DNA of 64,000 bases from Bacteroidales bacterium (GCA_030528715.1 JAUMYJ010000004.1:3095-67094); one strand, 5' to 3'; positions 39,902-51,171 are shown, numbered from the stretch's first letter. The notes: generated from the sequence alone by a model not told the origin. A program made the numbers and translations.

Positions 39902-39933
39902 CAAAGGTAGTGTATTCTGTTCAAATGGCCAAA
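39902..39933 (-). promoter_or_regulatory. hisLGDCB promoter
   Basis: - strand TTTG-N20-TACCTTTG. Confidence 0.8.
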
Positions 39934-40080
39934 ATTTTAGTGCCATTTTTTTGATAGATACCTTATTTTGTTACCTTTCTTCTTTTTCTGCTATGGGTTA
40001 GTAGCTTGATTTGTTTCAAGCAAGCATTAGATGTTATTATAGGCAAAGTATTTTGCTCATACTTGCTACGTCTATTTGGT

Positions 40081-40869
40081 TTACTCTTTTATAGGTGTTT
40101 TTTGCATGAAATCTTTTTTCCTAAGTTTAAAGCTATGTGTCAGATACTTATCGCGTACGATTTGGTTCTCAGCTAGTTCTTCGGGTGTACCCTGAAAGAG
40201 TATTTTGCCCTCAAAGAGTAGGTAGGCACGGTCGGTAATGCTGAGCGTTTCTTCGACGTTGTGGTCGGTAATGAGGATACCGATATTTTTGTCTTTAAGC
40301 TTCCACACGATGTATTGTATATCTTCTACTGCAATAGGGTCTACGCCAGCGAAAGGCTCATCTAGCATGATAAACTTGGGGTCAATAGCTAAGCATCGTG
40401 CTATCTCGGTACGGCGACGTTCGCCACCCGAGAGTTGGTCGCCAAGGTTCTTGCGTACCTTTTGCAGGCGAAACTCCGCGATAAGACTTTCTAATTTATC
40501 GCGTTGATATTCGCGGCTACGTCCCGTCATTTCGAGTACAGCAGCAATGTTGTCTTCTACCGACATCTTACGAAATACCGAGGCTTCTTGTGCCAAATAG
40601 CCAATCCCGAGTTGTGCACGCTTATATACGGGGTCTTTGGTGATTTCTTTATCGCCTAGATAGATGCGTCCATCGTTTGGTACGACCAAGCCAGTTGTCA
40701 TATAGAAAGAGGTGGTCTTACCAGCGCCATTGGGGCCTAAGAGTCCTACGATTTCGCCTTGGCGTACATTAAAACTCACGTCATTGACTACGGTGCGCTT
40801 ACCATAGATTTTCACTAAATTGTGTGCTTCGAGTGAGAGTTGCGTCTCGTGTGAAGTATTGCTAGTCAT
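40081..40869 (-). CDS. lptB: LPS export ABC transporter ATP-binding protein
   Basis: [53 protein letters not shown]. Confidence 0.95.
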   Translation of the reverse strand: MTSNTSHETQLSLEAHNLVKIYGKRTVVNDVSFNVRQGEIVGLLGPNGAGKTTSFYMTTGLVVPNDGRIYLGDKEITKDPVYKRAQLGIGYLAQEASVFRKMSVEDNIAAVLEMTGRSREYQRDKLESLIAEFRLQKVRKNLGDQLSGGERRRTEIARCLAIDPKFIMLDEPFAGVDPIAVEDIQYIVWKLKDKNIGILITDHNVEETLSITDRAYLLFEGKILFQGTPEELAENQIVRDKYLTHSFKLRKKDFMQKTPIKE

Positions 40870-40880
40870 TGGGTGAGATG

Positions 40881-42725
40881 TTAGGGATTGAGGTGTTTTG
40901 CCAAAAATAGCTCCATGGCACGATAGAACTCAAAGCGATTTTCTTGATTATGAAAGCCATGGCCTTCGTTGTCTTTTACCATATATTCTACCTCTACGCC
41001 TTGCTGGCGAAGGGCATTTACCATTTGGTCGCTCTCGGCAATGTTTACACGTGGGTCGTTGGCACCTTGGGCGATAAATAATGGTGCTTTGATACGGTCG
41101 GCATGGAATACGGGTGATGTGGCATGTAGCTGTTCTTTATCGTTTTCAGGATGTCCCACCATCTCATACATCATTTCGAGCATGGGCTTCCAATAAGGCG
41201 GGATAGTTTGCATGAATGTGAATAGGTTCGACACGCCAACATAATCTACTGCGCAGGCATAAAGCTCTGGTGTAAATGCGATGCCTGCTAGTGTAGCATA
41301 ACCTCCATAGCTGCCACCATAGATACCGATGCGCTTAGGGTCGGCAATTCCTTGGTCAATGAGCCAATGTACGCCATCGGTAATGTCGTCTTGCATCGTG
41401 AGTCCCCATTGCTTAAAAGCCATCTCTTGAAATTTACGCCCATATCCCGTAGAGCCACGAAAGTTCATCTGCAATACAGCATAGCCACGTGAGGCCAAGA
41501 ATTGTACCTCTGGATCAAAGCCCCAAGAGTCGCGTGCCCAAGGACCACCATGTGGGTTGATAATCGTGGGGAGTTGGTGCGCTGTGTCAGGAGTAAGCCC
41601 ATGAGGTAGTGTGAGGTAGGCTTCGAGTCTTAGGCCATCGCGTGTGGTATAGTTTACAGGGTGCATGGCTTGCATTTTTTCGGGCTCTATCCATGGCGCG
41701 AGATCGGCTAAGTGTGTGAGTGTATCGGTCGCTACGTTATAGAGATGATAGCTACCATACGTGCGGTCGCCACCAATGTAGATGAGACGTATTTGTTCAG
41801 CGCGGTCATAGTCGCTTGTGCCAAAATCAGAATGGCCTATTTGGCTGGCCAAGCGCTCACGAATGGCAGCCTCTTCAGTGTCGAAGTAGTGGCGTACAGC
41901 ACCACGATGCCCCACACAAAATGCACCGAGTAATTTGCCACGTTTGTGACTATAACTGATGTTTGATAGGTCGTATTTGGGATGTTCGTAGAGTAGCTCT
42001 AACTCTTCACATGTGGCAGGGTTCATACGCACTAATACCGTTTTGTCACGTCCGAGGTTGGTGGCAGCATACACTTCGCGGTTGTCGGGCGTAAACTCTA
42101 TAAAGCTGACAGACTCTTTGAAATTAGTCGTTAGTACGGGGCGTAATGGCTCGTCTTCGCTATCGCGATAGAGTAGCTGTGTATTGACACCGTCAACGAT
42201 GGCCGTAGCTGCGCGTAAGTGGCCATTATGGTCTGTCATCCAGCCCTGAATGTTGCCTGGGTTTTTAGCAAGCTGTGTGAGTTCGCCACTTACGACATTT
42301 AAGCGGTAGGGGTCAAATACCTCTGGGTTATCACGGTTCATAGCGATAATGACGTGATTGTCATCGTGGTCAAGGCTATCTATAAACTGTGTGCGCACAC
42401 CCTCAAATGCTGTAAAAGCATGCATACTTCTACCCTCGCGGTCTACACCATAGAGTTGATAGTTTTCGTCTCCTCCTGTATCTTTTAAGAAGAGTAATTG
42501 CTCATCGTTTGCCCATACGCTACCTGCGATACTACGTGCTGTTTCGTAGGTCAGCTGTATTGGCGTGCCTATACCATCTGTACGCCTTACAAAGAGGTTA
42601 AGACGATCGGCAAAGGGGGCAAGATACGATAAGTATTTGCCATTAGGACTTATATGAAAAGCGGCTTGTTGTGGGTTGCGAAAAAAATCCTCCAAAGGGA
42701 GTAAGCCGTTTGTCGTTTTCGTCAT
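40881..42725 (-). CDS. S9 family peptidase (acylaminoacyl / dipeptidyl peptidase-like), no signal peptide
   Basis: PHGGPW, GGSYGG nucleophile, [13 protein letters not shown]; promoter TAACTTTG at 42762-69 (- strand). Confidence 0.92.
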   Translation of the reverse strand: MTKTTNGLLPLEDFFRNPQQAAFHISPNGKYLSYLAPFADRLNLFVRRTDGIGTPIQLTYETARSIAGSVWANDEQLLFLKDTGGDENYQLYGVDREGRSMHAFTAFEGVRTQFIDSLDHDDNHVIIAMNRDNPEVFDPYRLNVVSGELTQLAKNPGNIQGWMTDHNGHLRAATAIVDGVNTQLLYRDSEDEPLRPVLTTNFKESVSFIEFTPDNREVYAATNLGRDKTVLVRMNPATCEELELLYEHPKYDLSNISYSHKRGKLLGAFCVGHRGAVRHYFDTEEAAIRERLASQIGHSDFGTSDYDRAEQIRLIYIGGDRTYGSYHLYNVATDTLTHLADLAPWIEPEKMQAMHPVNYTTRDGLRLEAYLTLPHGLTPDTAHQLPTIINPHGGPWARDSWGFDPEVQFLASRGYAVLQMNFRGSTGYGRKFQEMAFKQWGLTMQDDITDGVHWLIDQGIADPKRIGIYGGSYGGYATLAGIAFTPELYACAVDYVGVSNLFTFMQTIPPYWKPMLEMMYEMVGHPENDKEQLHATSPVFHADRIKAPLFIAQGANDPRVNIAESDQMVNALRQQGVEVEYMVKDNEGHGFHNQENRFEFYRAMELFLAKHLNP

Positions 42726-42797
42726 GTTTTAGCTATATAAAATAGTGTGTTTGTTAGATGGCAAAGTTACAAAAATATCTGCACATTGTCATTATGC

Positions 42798-43403
42798 TTA
42801 TCCTGTCACTTCAACCATCACATCGTCTATACCTTCAAGTGCATGCCTAAGTACTGCAAATTGACTCTGACGTATGCTTAGTGTCATGCTACATTGTATT
42901 TCGAAGGATTGCACTAGAATGCACGGTGCAAGGTCTTTTACAACGCGCATCACAGCATTGAGTGTGGGGTAGGCAAATGATATTGTGAGCTGTTGATGTA
43001 TATGGCACTCCTCAATATTGGCCACTTCAAGCGCAGCTGCGGCTGCGGCTTTATAAGCCTGCACTAAGCCACCCGTACCCAGCTTTACGCCACCAAAGTA
43101 GCGTACTACGATAACAACTACATTTGTGAGATCGAACGCAGTGATTTGTCCCAAGATAGGTTTGCCTGCTGTGCCCGAGGGCTCACCATTGTCGTTTGCT
43201 CGTGTTTCGGCTTGTGTACCATGGCCTATTTTGTAAGCATAGCACACATGGCGGGCATCGAAAAAGCGTTTTTGATAGCTCTTGATGATGTCCTTAGCTG
43301 CTTCGGCCGTAGCAACGGGGTGAGCAAAAGCGAGGAATTTACTTCGCTTTTCGCTCACCTCGCCTTCACTTACGGCCGTGATGGTGTAATAGGTATCTTC
43401 CAA
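42798..43403 (-). CDS. yigZ: YigZ / IMPACT family protein
   Basis: EKRSKF, DARHVCYAY, NDNGEPSGTAGKPIL, VVRYFGGVKLGTGGL; TTG start. Confidence 0.9.
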   Translation of the reverse strand: MEDTYYTITAVSEGEVSEKRSKFLAFAHPVATAEAAKDIIKSYQKRFFDARHVCYAYKIGHGTQAETRANDNGEPSGTAGKPILGQITAFDLTNVVVIVVRYFGGVKLGTGGLVQAYKAAAAAALEVANIEECHIHQQLTISFAYPTLNAVMRVVKDLAPCILVQSFEIQCSMTLSIRQSQFAVLRHALEGIDDVMVEVTG

Positions 43404-43413
43404 GGAAATAACA

Positions 43414-45930
43414 CTATTGGTTTATGGGAAATTGCTTTTGCTCTGGATAGAGGGTATCCCACCACTCAGGCTCACCTTTAAGGTGCTTAGCAAACCAAGC
43501 AAAGATACTCGTTTGCCAAGCTGTACGTTTGGTAAAGTCATTGATTATGTGGTTTTCACCTTCAAACTCTATGAGGGCTACTTCGCGACCCAATAACCGC
43601 AATGCTGTGTACATTTGCATACTTTCGGCAGGTGGAACATTGTTGTCTACATTGCCGTGTAAGAGTAGGAGTGGTGTCGTAATTTTATCTGCGTTGAATA
43701 GTGGGCTATGCTTGGTATAGAGGTCAGGATTATTCCACGGATAGCTGTCGGCCGCAGCTACTGTGCTATACGAATAGCCCCAAGTGCCCGAACCCCAATA
43801 GCTCGCAATATTGCTAATACCAGCATGCGAAATGGCGGCAGCATAGAGCTTAGAGTTAGCCACGAGATATTGTGTCATAAAGCCACCATACGAAGCACCT
43901 AGGCAGCCTATCTTACTAGCATCTACAAAGCTGTGTTGCTCGGCAAATTTCTGTGTGCCCTCCATTATATCATTGGCAGAGCCTAGCCCCCACGTATTTA
44001 CGTGCTTGGCTGCAAACTTTTGGCCAAAACCTACCGCACCACTAGGTTGCAATACATATACCACATAGCCCTGTGCTGCCCATACTTGGTAAGGGTATGC
44101 CGACTCAAAACTACGTGCTACTGGCATCACACCACCATAGTAGTAGATGATGGTAGGGTATTTTTTGTTAGGGTCGAAGTCGTAGGGTAGCAAATAGTTG
44201 CCATAAATGGTGTCACCACGCTCTGATATGAAGTTAAACTCTTTCCATGTATGTGTTTGCACACCATGTAGGTGTGTAGCGATGTCGGTGTCGCCAATTT
44301 GCTTATGCTTAAGTTTGCTCTGTGCCAAATCAGCTGTATAGAGGTTGCGTGAGCCAGCATTCCAATCGCCTGAATATACCACGCGGCTAGTGTGTTGTGC
44401 TATGTCGAAATTGTGTACGACATCTACATGCAAGGGCACTTGCTTGATTTGTTTCGTTTTGAGGTCAAGTGTGTAGAGCGAGCGCAAATACTTATCGTCT
44501 GCCGAGAAGTAAATTTTATTGCTTGCCGCATGTACTTTAATATGACCAATTGAGGGGGCAAAATACTTTGTCAGTGGCTCAATGTGTTTGCCATCGGGTG
44601 AGAGCAAGAAAAGCTCGTACTCAAAGTTGTTGGGCACTTGCTCATCGGGTAAGGTGCTACCAATACGGCCAAAACTCTCGGGGGTACCCTTTGCTAGAAT
44701 GCTGCCATCGGGTGTAAAGTAGAGTGAAGCGAGCTCGCCATCACTTGGCACAATGGTATCTAAGCGCTGTGTGTCTATGTCCATGAGATAGGCCGTTGTA
44801 AAACGGAATGGACGCTGGGTAGGAAACGAATGCGTTTGCGTGAGGAGTAGCTTTTTACCATCTGGCGAAATGTCGTTTAAGCTCAATGTTTTATCGCCAA
44901 ATGTGAGGCGTGTGATGACACCTGTACGCAAGTCATATTTGAGTAAGCTAGTTACATCGCGCCAGTTCGCTTGACGATCGGCAGGGTCTACCACATATTT
45001 CATTGCATCACGAAAGGCTGGTGCAGCAGCTTCCTTTTGGTGAATAATGAGGTACTCGCCCGTAGGTGCCATGCGTATGTGTGCATCGGGTAGACAGCGC
45101 GCTATGATTTTGCTCTGTTGCTTGACAGGGTCAAAAACAACAAGCTCGGTTTGGTCGTGACTCTGACGCGTAAAATAGCCACGATCTTCGCCCGTAGGCA
45201 GCCATGAAAAGTTTAGATAGTCTTCTGTGCGATACAGCACTTTGCGACTATCTATTTCGCTGATAGTGCTGTAATATTGAGGTTTACCATCTATGCTGGT
45301 ATTGGCATACGAAGCATAGAGATATTTCCCTGAGGGAGATACTTGGTAATAGTAGTTTTTAAGTCCTTGATTTTGATCTGCCAAGGTATAGGGGCGCTTG
45401 CCCGTAGGGTGCAGTACAAGATGGCCAATGTTTTCTCCCTCGAAGCGTATGCGTAGCGTATCGGTGGCTCCTGGCTCTGTAAGTACGGCCACTTGAATGG
45501 TGTGGCGCTGAGGCGTGAGCTGATTGATATACGATACGCCACGATCGTTGTGTAGTAGACGGTAGTGTTTTACACCTTCTACAACAAGGTTGGCAGAGGT
45601 GTATCGAGGTGTTTGTACTGTGAAGCTAAAATAGCGTAGTGTAGCCTTAGTTGTATCGGCTGAAAGGGCGTCACCATAGTTATAAACTCCATGGGCCTTA
45701 GGCTCACGTATGGGCATGGCTTGCGGTGTGTTGAAGTTAAACGCATCGTCCCACGTAAAGGGTTGTCCCGATATATTGTTGACCGATGTATGTATAGGCA
45801 TGCTAATCGTAGCCATACGGTCGCAAGCTATTTGATTGACAAAGATGCTATCGGCCATAGCCTGCTGTGAGGCAAAGATAGCACTTGCAAAGAGTAGGCG
45901 GCTAAGGCCACCATGTGGTTTAGGTTTCAT
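43414..45930 (-). CDS. Exported S9 family peptidase
   Basis: Signal peptide; beta-propeller; GASYGG, HGNVDNNVP, GENH. Confidence 0.9.
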   Translation of the reverse strand: MKPKPHGGLSRLLFASAIFASQQAMADSIFVNQIACDRMATISMPIHTSVNNISGQPFTWDDAFNFNTPQAMPIREPKAHGVYNYGDALSADTTKATLRYFSFTVQTPRYTSANLVVEGVKHYRLLHNDRGVSYINQLTPQRHTIQVAVLTEPGATDTLRIRFEGENIGHLVLHPTGKRPYTLADQNQGLKNYYYQVSPSGKYLYASYANTSIDGKPQYYSTISEIDSRKVLYRTEDYLNFSWLPTGEDRGYFTRQSHDQTELVVFDPVKQQSKIIARCLPDAHIRMAPTGEYLIIHQKEAAAPAFRDAMKYVVDPADRQANWRDVTSLLKYDLRTGVITRLTFGDKTLSLNDISPDGKKLLLTQTHSFPTQRPFRFTTAYLMDIDTQRLDTIVPSDGELASLYFTPDGSILAKGTPESFGRIGSTLPDEQVPNNFEYELFLLSPDGKHIEPLTKYFAPSIGHIKVHAASNKIYFSADDKYLRSLYTLDLKTKQIKQVPLHVDVVHNFDIAQHTSRVVYSGDWNAGSRNLYTADLAQSKLKHKQIGDTDIATHLHGVQTHTWKEFNFISERGDTIYGNYLLPYDFDPNKKYPTIIYYYGGVMPVARSFESAYPYQVWAAQGYVVYVLQPSGAVGFGQKFAAKHVNTWGLGSANDIMEGTQKFAEQHSFVDASKIGCLGASYGGFMTQYLVANSKLYAAAISHAGISNIASYWGSGTWGYSYSTVAAADSYPWNNPDLYTKHSPLFNADKITTPLLLLHGNVDNNVPPAESMQMYTALRLLGREVALIEFEGENHIINDFTKRTAWQTSIFAWFAKHLKGEPEWWDTLYPEQKQFPINQ

Positions 45931-45970
45931 TTCGTATGTTGTTTTATGGTTTTCCTTGTCATAAGGGAGT

Positions 45971-46050
45971 GTGCCGCGTCACGATACACTTGTGCCATGT
46001 CGTGGCACGGGTGTTCCTGCTCTTGATACATTTGTGACAAGACGTGGCAC
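45971..46050. repeat. Four-unit 21-bp-period palindrome cassette (copy 4)
   Basis: gtgccgcgtcacgatac-actt-gtgccatgtcgtggcac-gggt-gttcctgctcttgatac-attt-gtgacaagacgtggcac. Confidence 0.88.
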
Positions 46051-46066
46051 AACGCTTAGCCTAATG

Positions 46067-49000
46067 CTATGTGTGCGGCTCGTAAGTCCAATAGTCGCAA
46101 TAGTCTATCAGTTGAGCATAAATGGTTTTCTGTCGTAATAGTGCAGCTTGCCCTACAATAAACTGCTGTTCTTTGGCACGTGTGAGGGCTACGTTGAGTT
46201 TGCGGTCTATACCATGATGTTCTGTGGAGAGTATGTCTAGCTGATAGCGGGTAGAGATGGTCGTGCTATAAATAATGTAGTCGCGCTGACTGCCTTGATA
46301 GCACTCTACGGTGTCTATTGTGATGGCATCTAGCTGAGGCCATGGGAGGGCAGCAAGCTGCTGGCGTATCATGGCTATCTGGTTGCGAAAAGGTACGATT
46401 ACGCCGACTTGCTTGGCTGCATGAAATGGTCTGTTTGCAGCTTGGTGTAGGCGATGCAGATGGTCAATAATATCAGCCACGGCCTTAGCTTCTTGTACAT
46501 TGTACTTTCGGCTTGTACCCACATGTTGTGGGGTCACATCTATAAAGCCCATACGCGTACTGGCAATAAAGGTTTGAAACCCTACTTCATAGTGTGGGTA
46601 GTGGAGCTTTTGACATTGACGTTCGGGTACAGCCACATCAAGCTGGTTGTCATAAAAGGCCTGTGCGGCAAAGTGACCGATGTGTGCGTGCATACGTCCT
46701 TGTGTAGTGAGTCTATCTACAAGGTGAGGCGCAAGTGTAGAGTAAGATGTAAAATTGTGATACAAACGCTCAAACACGGCTGAACGCAAGTCTGTTAGTC
46801 CGATACTATGTAGCTCAGATGCATGTGGTGACACGGCCGACTCGGCTTCGCTCTGTACGACTACGGCAGGCAGCTGCTTGTGGTCTCCAATGAGCACAAA
46901 CTTGGCAATGGCTGGTGTCTGTGCATCGTGCATCGCAGCATACAAACCTAAGAATTGTGGCTCGAGGATTTGTGAAGCCTCGTCAATGATAGCGCAGGCA
47001 AAATGCTTGCGGTTAAACAGCTCGGCTTGGCTCGTGATGGTGTGAAGTGTAGCTACCCAAATACGACAATTAGCGATTACATCTGCCACCTCACTCCGAT
47101 TATTAGCACTGGCTAGGGCATGGCTAATATGATGTTCGGCCATATTGGTAGTAGTGTTTATGCCTAGGCGCAGGTAGTGAGGTGCGGGTGAAATCGTAGC
47201 CAGCATCTCGCAAATCTCGTGGACAGCTTGATTGGTATAGGCCACGAGTAGCAAGTTGTCGCTCTCGTGTGCTTGATCTGCTAGAAACTCTACGACCATA
47301 GCACGTAGCATGCGACTTGTCTTGCCTGAGCCAGGAGGGCCTACAAGGAGAAAAAAATCTTCTGCGCGCTTAGCGCGTAGCACTACTTCGTTGATGCGTG
47401 CATCGCCATGGTCGGTTGCTAGCTCCTTGCGGTGGTCAATACCAGGTGTTGTTTGTGCTAAAAATATATTTTTGCGCATTGATGGTGTACGTAAGAAAGC
47501 GTATAAATTACGATACATCATCACAAAGCTACTATCTGTCGTGCTGTGTTCGATAGCGTAGTGTGCTCCCTGAATAAATGCCATTTTATTGCGCTGTGGA
47601 TATTGTAGACGCAATGTAAGTGTGTGAGGGGTAATGGCTTCGATATAGGCGTTGTTTACCTGTTGGTTGGTAGCTTTGTCGGTGGCTTTGTATTGTTGGT
47701 AGAGCATGACCATGTTTCCTACATCGTAGTTGGGTACAAAGCTTTCAAGTTGAGGTAAAGCTAAGTGTAGGCGTTCGATAGCTTCTTCGCCTTCGGTACG
47801 CATGAGGGTCATGCCGCTTATCATTTCGCCAAAGGCTATTTTTTCTTCATTCGTAGAACGCCATACTTGGGCAAAGCCTCTATTACTCCCTACGCGGTTA
47901 TCTCCGATTTTGGCATAAAATTGCTCACGCTCTATGAAGCTCATGAAAGCGGTGAAGTAAGCATGTTCTAAGGGCGACAAAGTGTTGAGTGTGTCGCATA
48001 TATGCTCAATCGGAGGGCGCAAGTAGTGCGTTACAAAAGCTGAGTTCTTGGCATGCTCGTTAATGTTTTCCCAGCGTAGCTCATCAAAAAAAGCAGCTGT
48101 GTTCCCACGGCTTATTTGACGCTCCATGGCTACGATACGATTGCGTGCTTGTAGTGCTATTTCTACCCAATGCTCATTTTCTCCTATTGAGAAAAGTGAG
48201 GGGTATTTAGAGTAAAAAACGTGTGCCTCGCAGTTGTCGTAGCTTACGCCAAAATTATAGTGTAGTACGGCTTTATAGAGAGCTGCTTGTATGGCATGCT
48301 CATCTTTCATGGATAGGCCGTGCCATTCGTCGGCCTTACCACTTTTAAGCTCAATAAGTGTACGATTGTTGGCCGAGAGCACATCCATACGTCCTCGTAT
48401 TCCAAGTGTGTCGCAGATAAAGGCAGGCTCGAGCAAAATATTGCTTAAATCTAGCGCTTTGTGTCCAAAATGTTCTTGTACGCTGGCGTAGATGTGGTCA
48501 AATTGTTTGCGGCATTGCGTAAAAAAAGCATGATCAATGCGCTCTACATCAGGGCTACATGTAAATGCAATAGGCCATTGGCGGAAAACCTTAGTCAGTG
48601 ATGCCTTAAATAACGTGTTGGCAGACTTCGTATCAGCTTGGTTGATGCAGTCGTCCATAAACTGATTGGCGACGCTACCCATAAGGATATGAATTGTGTT
48701 GATACGTGGCTCAAAGCGATGGAGTAGGTAATTGAGTGGGTGTGTACCATAGGGCTTAACAGCAGCTGAGAGTGCACTAATGTCAATGAGGTAGTCAGGT
48801 TCGAGTACGAAGAAGCGTGCTGTCCATACAGCATCGGGCGTAGTGGTAGCATGCAAGAGGTTAAGTTGTGCACCAGCATAAAGCTGTGTAGCTAGCAGGC
48901 TAAAAGGTGTATCGCCCTGAGGTAGAGCAACGCGGCATGTTTGTGCTAGTGTTGTATCTAGGCAATGTCCATAGATGTATGTGTTGTCCCAATGAGTCAC

Positions 49001-49420
49001 TACGAGGCGTAGCTTTTGTATCTCGTGTTGGATATCGCTAGCTTGTGCCGTCGTAAGTGTGCTGAGGTAAGGGCGTATGGCCTCGGGTAATGGCTGTGCC
49101 GTGGTATGTGCTATAAGTGCAGCCACCGTAGCAATATGCTTGTGGTAGTCTTCAGTGTCTTGGGAGATATCTGTAAAGCTCTGTTTGCGTAGTGTTATAA
49201 AAGAGCGGCTATAGTGTACAAAGTCTAGTTCATAACGCTCACAAATATGTGCGAGCTGTGCTTGTATACCATAGCTTTCGAGCTGCTCGGTTACGGCCAA
49301 GTATTTGATGTGTATGAGCAGCAATTGGTATGCTTGATAATATCCCTCGGCACAGCGTGTGGGATAGTAACTTAGGCAGTGTATGGCCTCGTCAAGTAGT
49401 GAAAAAGCATATCGCTCCAT
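46067..49420 (-). CDS. Dna2-like PD-(D/E)XK nuclease fused to a UPF1-like SF1 helicase
   Basis: LEPDYLIDIS, GRMDVL...IELKSGK...QAALY nuclease; GPPGSGKT, IIDEASQ, IGDHKQLP, DTVECYQGSQR, NVALTRAK. Confidence 0.85.
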   Translation of the reverse strand: MERYAFSLLDEAIHCLSYYPTRCAEGYYQAYQLLLIHIKYLAVTEQLESYGIQAQLAHICERYELDFVHYSRSFITLRKQSFTDISQDTEDYHKHIATVAALIAHTTAQPLPEAIRPYLSTLTTAQASDIQHEIQKLRLVVTHWDNTYIYGHCLDTTLAQTCRVALPQGDTPFSLLATQLYAGAQLNLLHATTTPDAVWTARFFVLEPDYLIDISALSAAVKPYGTHPLNYLLHRFEPRINTIHILMGSVANQFMDDCINQADTKSANTLFKASLTKVFRQWPIAFTCSPDVERIDHAFFTQCRKQFDHIYASVQEHFGHKALDLSNILLEPAFICDTLGIRGRMDVLSANNRTLIELKSGKADEWHGLSMKDEHAIQAALYKAVLHYNFGVSYDNCEAHVFYSKYPSLFSIGENEHWVEIALQARNRIVAMERQISRGNTAAFFDELRWENINEHAKNSAFVTHYLRPPIEHICDTLNTLSPLEHAYFTAFMSFIEREQFYAKIGDNRVGSNRGFAQVWRSTNEEKIAFGEMISGMTLMRTEGEEAIERLHLALPQLESFVPNYDVGNMVMLYQQYKATDKATNQQVNNAYIEAITPHTLTLRLQYPQRNKMAFIQGAHYAIEHSTTDSSFVMMYRNLYAFLRTPSMRKNIFLAQTTPGIDHRKELATDHGDARINEVVLRAKRAEDFFLLVGPPGSGKTSRMLRAMVVEFLADQAHESDNLLLVAYTNQAVHEICEMLATISPAPHYLRLGINTTTNMAEHHISHALASANNRSEVADVIANCRIWVATLHTITSQAELFNRKHFACAIIDEASQILEPQFLGLYAAMHDAQTPAIAKFVLIGDHKQLPAVVVQSEAESAVSPHASELHSIGLTDLRSAVFERLYHNFTSYSTLAPHLVDRLTTQGRMHAHIGHFAAQAFYDNQLDVAVPERQCQKLHYPHYEVGFQTFIASTRMGFIDVTPQHVGTSRKYNVQEAKAVADIIDHLHRLHQAANRPFHAAKQVGVIVPFRNQIAMIRQQLAALPWPQLDAITIDTVECYQGSQRDYIIYSTTISTRYQLDILSTEHHGIDRKLNVALTRAKEQQFIVGQAALLRQKTIYAQLIDYCDYWTYEPHT

Positions 49421-49437
49421 AACTTAGAAAGGGAGAG

Positions 49438-50724
49438 TTAGTCTGCGGTAGACGTGACGCGCTTGCCAAAGTTGGGATCATCGGGTTGGAGAATAGTACT
49501 GGTTGTTGTGAAGCGATTGCGCTTGTATCTTTGACGTGGTGTAACTGAGCTAGAAGACGTACTGAAATGGTGACGTGGCATACCACTAGCGTGCCCTATC
49601 GCTATTTGGCCACCATATTGTTTCCAACGCTTCATGATGTTATAGACGTAGTCGTGAGTTTCGCTCCCACGCATGTAGCCATGTCTTACGATTGGGTCGC
49701 GGTAGTATTGTGGCTCACTAAGGGCTAGAATATAAGGTGACACGGCATCCCAAGTTGTGGCATTGTTGCCGTATTTGCGTGCTAAGGCCATGGCATCGCG
49801 TACATGACCATGCCCGCCATTGTAGGCGGCGATGGCAAATTTGATACGTTCGGTTGGGTTGTTAATATCGGAAAATTGCTGATAAAGCTGCCCTAAATAG
49901 CGTGTACCAGCCTCTACACTGGCTTCGGGCTGGTAGATGTTGGCTTGTGACAAACCTAGCATCGCTGCCGTAGCTGGCATGATTTGCATAAGCCCACGTG
50001 CACCAGCCCACGACTCAGCATTGGGGTCAAAGGCCGATTCTTGATAGCACAGTGCAGCTATCAATCGCCAGTCCCAACCAAGGCGTACTGCACCTTGCTT
50101 GAATAGATGGTCGTAGGGAGAGATAACACCAGCATTTAGGGCTATGGCAGGAGCATGTATTTGACGGCGAATGTAGCTTTTGCTCGAATGACGTGTAGCT
50201 GAGGTGCGCTCTGCGGTGGCTAGGAGTGAGTCGGTGTACCATGTGTGTAGTGCTTCGGCCAGTTGTGGCTCGTTAGTGCGTACTATCCATGCACCTTTGC
50301 CTCTCTGTGTCGCTACTGCTATCACTTCGTGTAGAGCTATTACGCTGTCGGGTAGGGGGATTGCTATGAGGTCGGCTTTTTGGCTCACTAATAAGTTTAC
50401 TAGCTCTGTGGTATCATGTGCTAGCTCTACGCGCACCTCTACACCTTGTGTTAGAGCAAAGTGTTCTACTAGTGTATATTGTAGCCCCATGCTTTGGCCA
50501 CGATGTTCGTAATAAGTTTCTGGGCCACTGAGCATGGCTGCAATGAGTACACCACTCTCTTGTATGTGCGCTAGGTCGTGTGTTGCTGTGGCTTCGCGTT
50601 TGCCTAGTGGGTTTATTTCGCCTTTGGGTACTTGCCCTATACAGCTGCTCATAAGTATAGCTACGCTTAGCCATAGGCTCATAAAGAGGCCGTAGAGCCT
50701 GGTGGAGAATAAGATGCGTGGCAT
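49438..50724 (-). CDS. mltF: MltF-like lytic transglycosylase (SBP + SLT domains), probable lipoprotein
   Basis: LMSSC lipobox; YQESAF, GLMQIMP, AAYNGG. Confidence 0.8.
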   Translation of the reverse strand: MPRILFSTRLYGLFMSLWLSVAILMSSCIGQVPKGEINPLGKREATATHDLAHIQESGVLIAAMLSGPETYYEHRGQSMGLQYTLVEHFALTQGVEVRVELAHDTTELVNLLVSQKADLIAIPLPDSVIALHEVIAVATQRGKGAWIVRTNEPQLAEALHTWYTDSLLATAERTSATRHSSKSYIRRQIHAPAIALNAGVISPYDHLFKQGAVRLGWDWRLIAALCYQESAFDPNAESWAGARGLMQIMPATAAMLGLSQANIYQPEASVEAGTRYLGQLYQQFSDINNPTERIKFAIAAYNGGHGHVRDAMALARKYGNNATTWDAVSPYILALSEPQYYRDPIVRHGYMRGSETHDYVYNIMKRWKQYGGQIAIGHASGMPRHHFSTSSSSVTPRQRYKRNRFTTTSTILQPDDPNFGKRVTSTAD

Positions 50725-50832
50725 GTTTAGGGCAAGATAAATGTAAGTTTCGAGAGTTGTTGCTTGCGTAAGTGGGTTAAATACTTTATATTTGCAGCAA
50801 ATATACGCATTTCTCTAATAATACACCCTATT

Positions 50833-51132
50833 ATGATTAAGCATATTGTACTTTTTAAGCTCAAACCTGAGCTTAAACCTGAGCAAATCGAATCCATTTA
50901 TGCAGACTTCCGTCAAGCCATTTGTGCTTTGCCTGCTACGATTTCATGTATTCGTAGTATTGATGTGCTACTAAATATCAATCCTAGCGAGGTGTTTCAT
51001 ATCGCACTTGACGCTACATTTGACACGCTCGAAGATGTTTCTACTTATGCCATGCACCCAGACCATCAGAGCGCAGCAGCTAAACTGCGCCCTTATGTTG
51101 AGGTACGTAGCTGTGTAGATGCGACCATTTAG
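50833..51132 (+). CDS. Dabb family (stress-responsive A/B barrel) protein
   Basis: MIKHIVLFKLK...YAMHPDH...RSCVD; promoter TATATTTG at 50787-94. Confidence 0.88.
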   Translation: MIKHIVLFKLKPELKPEQIESIYADFRQAICALPATISCIRSIDVLLNINPSEVFHIALDATFDTLEDVSTYAMHPDHQSAAAKLRPYVEVRSCVDATI

Positions 51133-51171
51133 TCTATTTGTCACAACAGAGACTAAATCTAAGTTTGTGCC

